A stretch of DNA of 64,000 bases from Desulfobacterales bacterium. Its GTDB lineage: Bacteria > Desulfobacterota > Desulfobacteria > Desulfobacterales > JAHEIW01. The stretch spans positions 2,447,026 through 2,511,025 of the forward strand of contig CP070694.1 of NCBI GenBank assembly GCA_020353355.1. The letters run 5' to 3'. Below, piece by piece: positions 25,923 through 33,819 of the stretch. A model generated the notes under the pieces. It searched no databases, was not told the origin of the DNA, and saw only the letters and a program-made list of their open reading frames with translations. Made by a program: the position numbers and the translations under genes. Every line of letters starts with the position of its first letter. Positions within the stretch are counted from its first letter, which is position 1.

Positions 25923-27044
25923 ATGGCACGGAGTCTGATGGAAGGCAATGAAGCCATTGCCCGTGGAGCAGTGGCTGCCGGTTGCCGTTTTTTTGCAGGG
26001 TATCCCATTACGCCGGCAACAACCATTTATAACAATATGCTGAACCTGTTGCCTCCCTTAGGCGGCATTGTGCTTCAGGGGGAAGACGAAATTGCATCCA
26101 TCGGATTTTGTTTAGGAGCGTCGATGGCCGGCATGAAAGTCATGACGGCAACATCCGGACCGGGGATCAGCCTATACAGTGAACATATATCATTTGCCAT
26201 TGGAAGTGAAATTCCGATAGTGATTATCGATGTCCAACGTTTGGGACCGTCCACCGGATCGGCCACCCGCGGAGCCGATGGTGATATAAATTTCCTTCGC
26301 TGGGGCAACAGTGGGGGGATGCCGGTCATTGTTTTGGCACCGGTTGACATTAAAGATTGCATTCGCTTGACGATGCATGCCTTCAATTTGGCTGAGAAAT
26401 TTCGTTGCCCGGTATTCATAGCTTCCAACAAAGAGATTGCCATGACCAGAGAAAGCATTGACGTTGATGCGCTGGACCTGCCAGATCAAATCGAGCGATG
26501 TTCGCCGCCTGCCGGCAAACCGTATTTTCCGTTTCAGGTCACTGAAGGGCAACATGTTCCAGGTTTTCTTCCCATTGGCGGGAAGGTGCTGGTGCGCCAG
26601 ACATCATCGACACACGGGCAAAATGGGTACATCACCACCGACCATGGAGAAATCGCCCGGATTCTGAACCGATTACAGTTTAAATTGGAGTCGGCCATCG
26701 ATCAATTTTCATTTTACGATCTTTTACCGGCACAAGGCTCTGATACGCTTATTATTGCTTATGGTGTCACGGCACGTGCTGCAAAAGCGGTGTATAAGGA
26801 ATTCAACCAACACGGGGTACCGATATCATTGTTAATTTTAAAAACGCTCTGGCCGATACCGGCCAATACAATCCGCAAGGCTGTTCGAAAAATGAAACGG
26901 GTGCTGGTGTTGGAAATGAACCTGGGTCAATATGTCCATGAAATCGAACGCCTTCTGCCTGATATTTCCCTCGATTTTTACGGCCAGATGAACGGCCAGC
27001 TCATTACCCCGGCTAAAATCAAAGAGAGGCTAGCAATTGGATAG
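25923..27044 (+). CDS. korA: 2-oxoacid:ferredoxin oxidoreductase subunit alpha
   Basis: 373 aa. GNEAIARGAVAAGCRFFAGYPITPAT and TSGPGISL, characteristic of the KorA/PorA family. Confidence 0.85.
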   Translation: MARSLMEGNEAIARGAVAAGCRFFAGYPITPATTIYNNMLNLLPPLGGIVLQGEDEIASIGFCLGASMAGMKVMTATSGPGISLYSEHISFAIGSEIPIVIIDVQRLGPSTGSATRGADGDINFLRWGNSGGMPVIVLAPVDIKDCIRLTMHAFNLAEKFRCPVFIASNKEIAMTRESIDVDALDLPDQIERCSPPAGKPYFPFQVTEGQHVPGFLPIGGKVLVRQTSSTHGQNGYITTDHGEIARILNRLQFKLESAIDQFSFYDLLPAQGSDTLIIAYGVTARAAKAVYKEFNQHGVPISLLILKTLWPIPANTIRKAVRKMKRVLVLEMNLGQYVHEIERLLPDISLDFYGQMNGQLITPAKIKERLAIG

Positions 27045-28335
27045 TCTGCTAAATGATCAAAGACCACCGGTATTTTGCCCGGGATGTTCGCATGAACGCA
27101 TCACCCACACGCTGGATAAAGCACTTCAAAAAATGGGGCGTGGCGGTAATCAGGTTGTCATTGTCAGCGATATCGGATGTTCGGGTCTTTTCGACACATT
27201 TTTTCACACCCATGCCTTTCATGGCTTGCACGGTCGGGCGCTGACATATGCCACCGGACTAAAAATGGCGCAACCCGATTTAACGGTTGTGGTAACCATG
27301 GGTGACGGTGGCCAAGGCATTGGGGGTGCGCACCTCTTGGCCGCGTGCCGTCGCAACCTGAATTTAACCCTGCTTATTTTGAACAATTTTAATTTCGGTA
27401 TGACCGGCGGCCAATTTTCAGCCACAACCCCAACCGCAGCCCAGGTCGGATCCGGTTTTCTCAATCAGCTCGAGCGTCCTTTGAACATCTGTCAGGTAGC
27501 ACGCTCGGCCGGAGCCCCGTATGTTGCCTGCTATTCCGCCTTTCAACAGGATCTGGCGGATAAAATCCAACGGGCAATAGAATTTGAAGGATTTTCGGTT
27601 ATTGATATTTGGGGAGTTTGTCCGGGACGCTACAGCAAAAAAAACCGCCTGACGCCCAAGCTGATCGATGAAGCCCTGTCAGAGGTGCCCTGTCAAGAGG
27701 GTATCGTTTCGGAAAATGTACGTCACGAATACAGCCAGCATTATCAAAAACTCGCAAAGGACCAAAAACCCGCATCACCGCCACTGCACATTGAAACCAC
27801 ATGTGATCCCCCGCAACCCGATCGCCAGGAGGTCCTCCTCCTGGGCAGCGCCGGCCAACGCATTATCACCGCAGGAGAAATTATGTGTCTTGCCGGTCTA
27901 TCTGCGGGGTTGCACACCACTCAAAAAAATGAATACAATATTACGGTATTGCGAGGACCGTCGATCAGTGAAATGATTTTGTCTCCGGAAGAAATTGACT
28001 TTACCGGCATAGACGATCCATCGGTAATCGTGGCCCTCAGTCAGGAAGGTGTTGAACGACGCAAAGAGCTGTTTGCACATCTGGATACGGGTACCACTGT
28101 CATTCAGGTCGACGGCGTTCAACTCCCCTCAACCAGAGCCCGTGTCCGGGCGATGGATCTAAAATCCTGGGGGATCAGGAAGAACAATTGGGCCCTAGCC
28201 GCATTAGGGGTTTTGGCCAAAATGAATTTGGTCATTAACCTGGATATGCTGAAATCTGCTCTGAAAGTAAGATTTACGGGCAAAAACCTTGAAGAATCTC
28301 TTTTGCTTGTCGACCAAATAAAAATTAGTCTGTGA
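27037..28335 (+). CDS. korB: 2-oxoacid:ferredoxin oxidoreductase subunit beta fused to a gamma-type domain
   Basis: N-terminal TPP-binding part (FCPGCSH, DIGCS, GDGGQGIGGAHLL, NNFNFGMTGGQ). C-terminal about 165 aa (LLLGSAGQRIITAGEIM...VIVALSQEG) resemble the POR/KOR gamma subunit. Overlaps korA by 8 nt. Confidence 0.8.
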   Translation: MDSLLNDQRPPVFCPGCSHERITHTLDKALQKMGRGGNQVVIVSDIGCSGLFDTFFHTHAFHGLHGRALTYATGLKMAQPDLTVVVTMGDGGQGIGGAHLLAACRRNLNLTLLILNNFNFGMTGGQFSATTPTAAQVGSGFLNQLERPLNICQVARSAGAPYVACYSAFQQDLADKIQRAIEFEGFSVIDIWGVCPGRYSKKNRLTPKLIDEALSEVPCQEGIVSENVRHEYSQHYQKLAKDQKPASPPLHIETTCDPPQPDRQEVLLLGSAGQRIITAGEIMCLAGLSAGLHTTQKNEYNITVLRGPSISEMILSPEEIDFTGIDDPSVIVALSQEGVERRKELFAHLDTGTTVIQVDGVQLPSTRARVRAMDLKSWGIRKNNWALAALGVLAKMNLVINLDMLKSALKVRFTGKNLEESLLLVDQIKISL

Positions 28336-28347
28336 TGGACTCAATCT

Positions 28348-29544
28348 CTAGGTGATAACCTTACAGACATCAAATTGGCTGTCATCGTAAACAAAGCACT
28401 GGGAGGTTGTCGGCCGACAACGTTCGAAGGCCAGCTGAAACCGTTTCTCAAGCAATCTCAGAAAACGAGAAGTGGCTTTGGGCGACAAGACGCACCTCAG
28501 CCAGGCAGTTGCTCCGCCGAAGCGCGAGATGCATTCATGCTGATTAAACGCCGCTAGCCCGGCCTTTCTCGCAGCACGCCAATAATAGGCAAAGGTTGTT
28601 ATAATCAATAGCATGCCGGCACCCCGGGCTAAAGAAATCCGCGGGGCCGGCAGAGACTCAATAAACGGTCGAAACTCCGGCGCCAGCCGCAGCGCCCGCA
28701 ACACTAATTGCGAACGCACATCCCGAATGCGCTGCTCCCGCTGAGCGCCCTCCAATCCCGGCAAATCGGGATGATAGAAGATACCGCGTTCGTAATCTTT
28801 TTCCAAATCACGCGTAATGTTGGCCAACTGAATAACTTCGCCGACAACAGCACACAAACGCAGGCGTTCGGCCCCGATCTCCGTAGACAGTCCCTGATCC
28901 AAGCGCTGCATTTCCTCTGCAAAAAGAATAGGTGTCCCAAGGACATGCCAGCAATAACGGGAGAGTTGTCCGGGAGATTTCAAAGCGCCGCCTTGCTCGG
29001 CAAACACCCGGCTCGACCAAATCATTCCCTCCCCCATGCGCCGCACAAGTCGCCGAATTGCATCCTGGTGTTGGGGCTGTAATTTGTTGAACGTGCAATC
29101 GATCAGTTCGGCACGATTGACCAGTAATATGTGAGTGCTTTCGCGCGGATCGGCAGTCAGGGAAGGGTTAATCGCGGGAGCGGGCTGCAGCGCCTTGCCA
29201 TCCGCAAATCGCTCGATAAATACCTGCAGTGCCCGTTCTTTTTCAGCCATGGTGGGCAACAGATCCTCATAGGTATCCAGCATGCGGCAATAAAGATAAG
29301 CTACCGCCAACGCTCGCCGCATACGCACCGGAAGAAACACAATACTGAGCGAAAAGGTTCGGGCCGCATGCGGCAAAATATGCCATAGAAACCGTTCAGG
29401 GTCCTTTATGGCCTGTAATTTCGAAAGGGGCGGCTGTCGGCGGTCAGCCAATAAATTAGCAAGTATCGGACCAAACAAAAGCCTATCTCCCGGGTAAATT
29501 CCAGCTTGATAAATGCTCGCCTTATCAGATAACAAAAGGCCCAC
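28348..29544 (-). CDS. squalene/phytoene synthase family protein, eukaryote-type squalene-synthase-like
   Basis: ARTFSLSI...YLYCRMLDTYED (first Asp-rich motif) and LANITRDLEKDYERG (second motif). Hydrophobic C-proximal segment. The maximal ORF starts with GTG 29544, which abuts the SD sequence; TTG 29535 (9 nt after AAGGAG) is more plausible. Confidence 0.7.
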   Translation of the reverse strand: MGLLLSDKASIYQAGIYPGDRLLFGPILANLLADRRQPPLSKLQAIKDPERFLWHILPHAARTFSLSIVFLPVRMRRALAVAYLYCRMLDTYEDLLPTMAEKERALQVFIERFADGKALQPAPAINPSLTADPRESTHILLVNRAELIDCTFNKLQPQHQDAIRRLVRRMGEGMIWSSRVFAEQGGALKSPGQLSRYCWHVLGTPILFAEEMQRLDQGLSTEIGAERLRLCAVVGEVIQLANITRDLEKDYERGIFYHPDLPGLEGAQREQRIRDVRSQLVLRALRLAPEFRPFIESLPAPRISLARGAGMLLIITTFAYYWRAARKAGLAAFNQHECISRFGGATAWLRCVLSPKATSRFLRLLEKRFQLAFERCRPTTSQCFVYDDSQFDVCKVIT

Positions 29545-29568
29545 TCCTTAATGTGAGATGGGCCTTTT
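29534..29568 (-). terminator. hairpin downstream of the biotin-carrier gene, overlapping the start of the squalene-synthase-like gene
   Basis: aaaaggccca (29534-29543), 15-nt loop, tgggcctttt (29559-29568). On the minus strand it is followed by TTTTGTT. The loop contains the AAGGAG of the downstream gene. Confidence 0.4.
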
Positions 29569-29614
29569 ATTATCCATTAAATTATGAATTAACGCAATAC
29601 TGTCAATTGGGGTT

Positions 29615-29830
29615 TTATTCTAACACCATGAGCACCTGATTGGTGGACACCTTATCGTCGACCTTCACCTTGATTTCTTTCACTACACCGCCCTCCGGCG
29701 AAGGAATCGCATTTTCCATTTTCATAGCTTCTAAAATTAGCACCTCTTGATATTCCAAAACCTCATCTCCCACATTTACCAGGATATTGATGATGGTGCC
29801 GGGCATCGGTGCCAGTATTTCCTTGGTCAT
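29615..29830 (-). CDS. biotin carboxyl-carrier (biotinyl domain only) protein
   Basis: 71 aa with the biotinylation motif EAMKMEN. Stand-alone biotinyl/lipoyl-attachment fold. Confidence 0.85.
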   Translation of the reverse strand: MTKEILAPMPGTIINILVNVGDEVLEYQEVLILEAMKMENAIPSPEGGVVKEIKVKVDDKVSTNQVLMVLE

Positions 29831-30153
29831 TCTTACCTTCCTCCCTTCGGTATGCTAATCAACTTTTTTCTCTACAGTTGCACAAAGCAATCGGTTGTAA
29901 TTGAGTCGTTTGATACTTGAAGCAAAAATGAATGTCAAGATTAAAGCGTGCTTATTTTCATTAACGCTCAATAAAAATTATTTAAGGCTCTATCTGTGCT
30001 TCATCCTTGACGTGTCATCCGCTTTCGTATAAGGACCAATAAAAAAATAACGGCTAAGCGCAAATTTATGGTTTATCGGTTAATGTGGCCTCAATTTAAC
30101 TTGCAGACCACAAAACACGGCTTTTTATACTACCTAAAAGGCGGAGGAAAAAT

Positions 30154-31887
30154 ATGAGACCCTACTTTGAAAAAATGAAGGAATTTGGCACGGAAATCAA
30201 AGCCGGCCAGATTAAAAGCACTGCGGCCAATGTTGATAAAATAAAGGACGTAGAGACCCGGGTTGATGAGGCGGTGGAAAAAGTTAAAAATGCTGGCTTA
30301 CCAGCCGAAAAAATAAATGCCCGCGGGCAGCTCACCGTATGGCAGCGTCTGGATTATCTGGTTGATCCCGGTACGTGGTGTCCTTTGCACACCTTGTATA
30401 ACCCGATCAATAATGTTGAAGGCACCAATAATGTGATTGACGGTTTGGGTAAGATTTCCGGGAAATGGGCGGTAATTATTGGCTTTGACAATAAAGTGTT
30501 TGCCGGCGCATGGCTTCCCGGTCAGGCTGAAAATGTGCTCAGATGTACCAACCTTGCCAAGCGGTTAAATATCCCCCTGGTGTGGCTGGTCAATTGCAGT
30601 GGCGTAAAATTAACCGAACAAGAAAAATTTTATGCCGATCGCCGCGGTTCGGGAACTACCTTTTTCAGGCATGCGGAGCTGGAACAGGCCGGAATTCCGG
30701 TATTGACCGGAATTTACGGCACCAATCCTGCAGGAGGAGGGTACCAGGGTATCAGCCCAACTATTCTATTTGCCCACAAAGATTGCAATATCGCAGTCGG
30801 CGGTGGCGGCATTTTAAGTGGCATGTCACCCAAGGGTTTTTTCGATCTCGATGGGGCGGAACAGCTTATTGCCGCAGCCAAACAGTATAAAGTCGAACCG
30901 CCGGGAAGCACTAAAATTCACTACGATGAAACCGGATTTTTTCGGTATGTTTTCGAAACAGAGGAAGAAGTTTTGGATGGGCTCAAAGATTACATGCAGG
31001 ACATGCCGGGCTATAACCCCAAATTTTTCCGCGTGGCCCAACCGAAAGATCCCCGCTTGCCGGCCGAAGATCTCTATCGGCTGGTTCCGTTCAATCAAAA
31101 ACAAATGTATAACTTTGACGAAGTGCTGTCTCGCTTGGTAGACGGCAGCGAACATATGGAATATCGGCCGGATTACGGTCCCGAGGTGTATACCGGCCTG
31201 GTTAAAATGGACGGTTTTCTGGTGGGAGTCATCGGCAACCGGCAGGGGTTTTTTGGTGAAGATTATCCTGAGTATGCACCGTATCCGGGAATAGGCGGCA
31301 AACTGTATCGTCAGGGGTTGATCAAAATGAACGAATTTGTGGTCCACTGCGGCCGCGACCGGGTACCGATCATCTGGTTCCAAGACACCAGCGGTATTGA
31401 TGTCGGCGACATCGCCGAAAAAGCTGAGTTGCTGGGATTGGGCCAGGCGTTGATTTATTCGATTCAGCAAACCGACGTTCCCATGATGCTGGTCGTCCTG
31501 CGCAAAGGAACCGCGGCTGCCCATTACATCATGGGCGGGCCCACTGCCAATCGGCACAACGCTTTCACCCTGGGCACCGCCACCACCGAAATATATGTGA
31601 TGCATGGCGAAACCGCCGCCGCCGCCAGTTTTTCTCGCAGGCTGGTAAAAGAAAAAGATGCCGGCAGACCGCTCGAGCCGGTGATCGAAGAAATGAACAA
31701 ACTGGTCAAGGAATATAACGATTACTCCAGACCGGTTTATTGTGCCCAGCATGGCTTGGTGGATGAAGTTGCTAAAATGACCGCAATTCGCACGTACCTG
31801 GTGGCATTTGCCGGCGCGGCTTACCAAAACCCCAAATCCATCTGTCCCCAGCATCAGATGATGCTGCCGCGCATCATCAAGGGCTAA
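30154..31887 (+). CDS. gcdA: glutaconyl-CoA decarboxylase alpha subunit-type carboxyltransferase
   Basis: 577 aa. VDPGTWCPLHTLYNP, NCSGVKL, GIYGTNPAGGGY, KLYRQGLIKMNEFV and YQNPKSICPQHQMMLPR closely follow the GcdA sequences as I recall them. GGAGG RBS. Confidence 0.85.
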   Translation: MRPYFEKMKEFGTEIKAGQIKSTAANVDKIKDVETRVDEAVEKVKNAGLPAEKINARGQLTVWQRLDYLVDPGTWCPLHTLYNPINNVEGTNNVIDGLGKISGKWAVIIGFDNKVFAGAWLPGQAENVLRCTNLAKRLNIPLVWLVNCSGVKLTEQEKFYADRRGSGTTFFRHAELEQAGIPVLTGIYGTNPAGGGYQGISPTILFAHKDCNIAVGGGGILSGMSPKGFFDLDGAEQLIAAAKQYKVEPPGSTKIHYDETGFFRYVFETEEEVLDGLKDYMQDMPGYNPKFFRVAQPKDPRLPAEDLYRLVPFNQKQMYNFDEVLSRLVDGSEHMEYRPDYGPEVYTGLVKMDGFLVGVIGNRQGFFGEDYPEYAPYPGIGGKLYRQGLIKMNEFVVHCGRDRVPIIWFQDTSGIDVGDIAEKAELLGLGQALIYSIQQTDVPMMLVVLRKGTAAAHYIMGGPTANRHNAFTLGTATTEIYVMHGETAAAASFSRRLVKEKDAGRPLEPVIEEMNKLVKEYNDYSRPVYCAQHGLVDEVAKMTAIRTYLVAFAGAAYQNPKSICPQHQMMLPRIIKG

Positions 31888-31893
31888 ACCAAT

Positions 31894-31931
31894 GATTGAA
31901 TATTTTTGATTGAATATTGAATATTCAATAG
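31894..31931. repeat. TTGAATATT direct repeats ending in a perfect 14-bp palindrome
   Basis: gattgaatattttt / gattgaatattgaa / tattcaatag. ATTGAATATTCAAT (31916-31929) is a perfect palindrome. It lies between the gcdA stop and the M23 peptidase start. Confidence 0.6.
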
Positions 31932-31982
31932 TAAATTCCGGCTTGTCCTGATTAGGGATTGCCCTAAAATTTTAGGTGCTCC

Positions 31983-32924
31983 ATGAAATCGTCGAGAATA
32001 AAAATATTCGCCTTAGCGACGACGACGTGGATCATGTTGAGCGGCCTCTCGACAGCAGGTGATGGTATTCAATCACATCTTCCCAACCAAGCAGCCACCA
32101 TCACGTTATCTAGCGATGCACCCGTTAATGGGAGTACCTTATTGCTGGAAATAGATACCCCAAAGGTTTCCCCACCACTGATGAACCTTCAAATACAATT
32201 TGATAACCAATCCATCCCGCTGCTTCAGCATCCGATTCGACCGGATAACGCTTTTTTTGGGATGGTTGCCATACCCCTGCAGGCAAAATTGGGTCCGAGC
32301 ATGCTGACGGTAGCCTGGGAGGATTCAAACGGCAAGCATAAACACAGCATTGCATTTCGGATCATCGCCGGAAGTTATCTTACAGATAGGCTCAGCGTTG
32401 ACCCTGGAAAAGTGGATCTGAGTAAAACAGATCTTGCCAGAGTAAAACGTGAAAAAAAAGAAATTAACCGCATCTATGCCAGTGGCAGCATGCAGAGGCT
32501 CTGGCAGGGTCTCTTTCAGCTGCCGGTAAATTCTATGGTGACCAGTGCCTTCGGCAATAAGCGCACGTTTAACGGGCAATTAAGAAGTTACCACAATGGT
32601 GTAGACTTTAGAGCACCGGTGGGGCAACCTGTATTCGCCGCCAATTCGGGGATTGTTAAATTGGCTAAAAATTTATTCTTTTCCGGAAACTTGATTATTG
32701 TGGACCATGGCACCGGTGTTTTCAGCAACTATGCCCACCTGAGCCGAATCAATGTCGAGCCCGGCCAGCACATCGAAAAAGGACAGCCGCTTGGGTTGTC
32801 CGGTGCAACCGGCAGGGTCAACGGCCCTCACCTGCATTGGGGCGTCAAGCTCAACGGTACTTACATCGATCCGCTGCAGTTTGCTGATGTCATTGCCGCC
32901 CTGGTTGGAACAGAAGCGGGATGA
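31983..32924 (+). CDS. M23 family metallopeptidase (intact catalytic motifs)
   Basis: Signal peptide. YHNGVDFRAP (HxxxD) and GPHLHWGV (HxH) are both present. Confidence 0.85.
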   Translation: MKSSRIKIFALATTTWIMLSGLSTAGDGIQSHLPNQAATITLSSDAPVNGSTLLLEIDTPKVSPPLMNLQIQFDNQSIPLLQHPIRPDNAFFGMVAIPLQAKLGPSMLTVAWEDSNGKHKHSIAFRIIAGSYLTDRLSVDPGKVDLSKTDLARVKREKKEINRIYASGSMQRLWQGLFQLPVNSMVTSAFGNKRTFNGQLRSYHNGVDFRAPVGQPVFAANSGIVKLAKNLFFSGNLIIVDHGTGVFSNYAHLSRINVEPGQHIEKGQPLGLSGATGRVNGPHLHWGVKLNGTYIDPLQFADVIAALVGTEAG

Positions 32925-32973
32925 ATTATGATCCCCAAATGGCCCTCTCGTAGAATCTCATCATTTTTTTGTT

Positions 32974-33002
32974 GACAGTCCGTCGGCTTTTCTTTATATG
33001 CC
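32974..33002 (+). promoter_or_regulatory. candidate sigma-70 promoter of the HD-GYP gene
   Basis: TTGACA (32974-32979), 17 nt, TATATG (32997-33002). Confidence 0.35.
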
Positions 33003-33030
33003 TCGCTTTCAATTCAAATAATCAATTTTA

Positions 33031-33819
33031 ATGAATAGGGGAATCCATTTCGTGGTGAACACAACCCATTTTTATTTCACAAAAAAAGCAAATTATTTAT
33101 CCCAATATGGTCACCGGCCTTATAATATTCATCCAGGCAGTCGGGAGCCATATCTGTCTGCTGATAAAGCATTGGTCCTGGCGACCCTTGCGTTTATTCT
33201 GGGTCTCAAAGATCCGTATACCGAAGGCCATGTTCGTCGGGTTGCCGTTTATGCCGGTCGTTTGGCGGCAAGGCTTGGACTGCATCCGGATGAGGTTAAT
33301 GATATTAGGCTCGGAGGGCTGCTGCATGACGTCGGGAAAATCGGTCTAAGCGACCGAATCTTCCGTCATAAGGAAGTCAGCTTATCTAAGCAGATGACCG
33401 CCGAAGTTCGCCGACATCCCTATATTGGAAGGGCCATCCTTAAACAGTTTAAATTTCCCCCGCACGTTCTGGATTATGTACTTTACCACCATGAACGGAT
33501 TGATGGTAGCGGGTATCCCTGCGGTCTTAAAGCCGATCAAATACCACTAGGCGCCAAAATCATTAGTGTGGCGGACTGCTTTGATGCGATTGTGACGGAC
33601 AGACCTTATCAAAAAGGCAAAGGGTTGACTGAGGCCCTGGCAACCCTGGAGCATCTGAGCGGTAAATTTCTCTGCCCAGATATTGTCGACATCTTTTCTG
33701 CTGAGATTCTGGCGCATGGCAAAATCGGAGCGCTGCCCAAAAAGCATTATGCACTGCGCCTCAGCCTGGATACGAAAGATCATCAATTTGGCCGAAAAAA
33801 CACAACATGCGAACATTAA
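33031..33819 (+). CDS. HD-GYP domain protein (cyclic-di-GMP phosphodiesterase type), no receiver domain
   Basis: HVRRVAVYA, GGLLHDVGKIG, HHERIDGSGYP. Confidence 0.85.
   Translation: MNRGIHFVVNTTHFYFTKKANYLSQYGHRPYNIHPGSREPYLSADKALVLATLAFILGLKDPYTEGHVRRVAVYAGRLAARLGLHPDEVNDIRLGGLLHDVGKIGLSDRIFRHKEVSLSKQMTAEVRRHPYIGRAILKQFKFPPHVLDYVLYHHERIDGSGYPCGLKADQIPLGAKIISVADCFDAIVTDRPYQKGKGLTEALATLEHLSGKFLCPDIVDIFSAEILAHGKIGALPKKHYALRLSLDTKDHQFGRKNTTCEH

Noticed and set aside
30826-31854. 342-aa ORF on the minus strand
   Set aside because: It lies entirely antisense to gcdA. The plus-strand product matches GcdA-type carboxyltransferases along its full length. The antisense translation is low-complexity (G/F/H/Q-rich) with no motifs.
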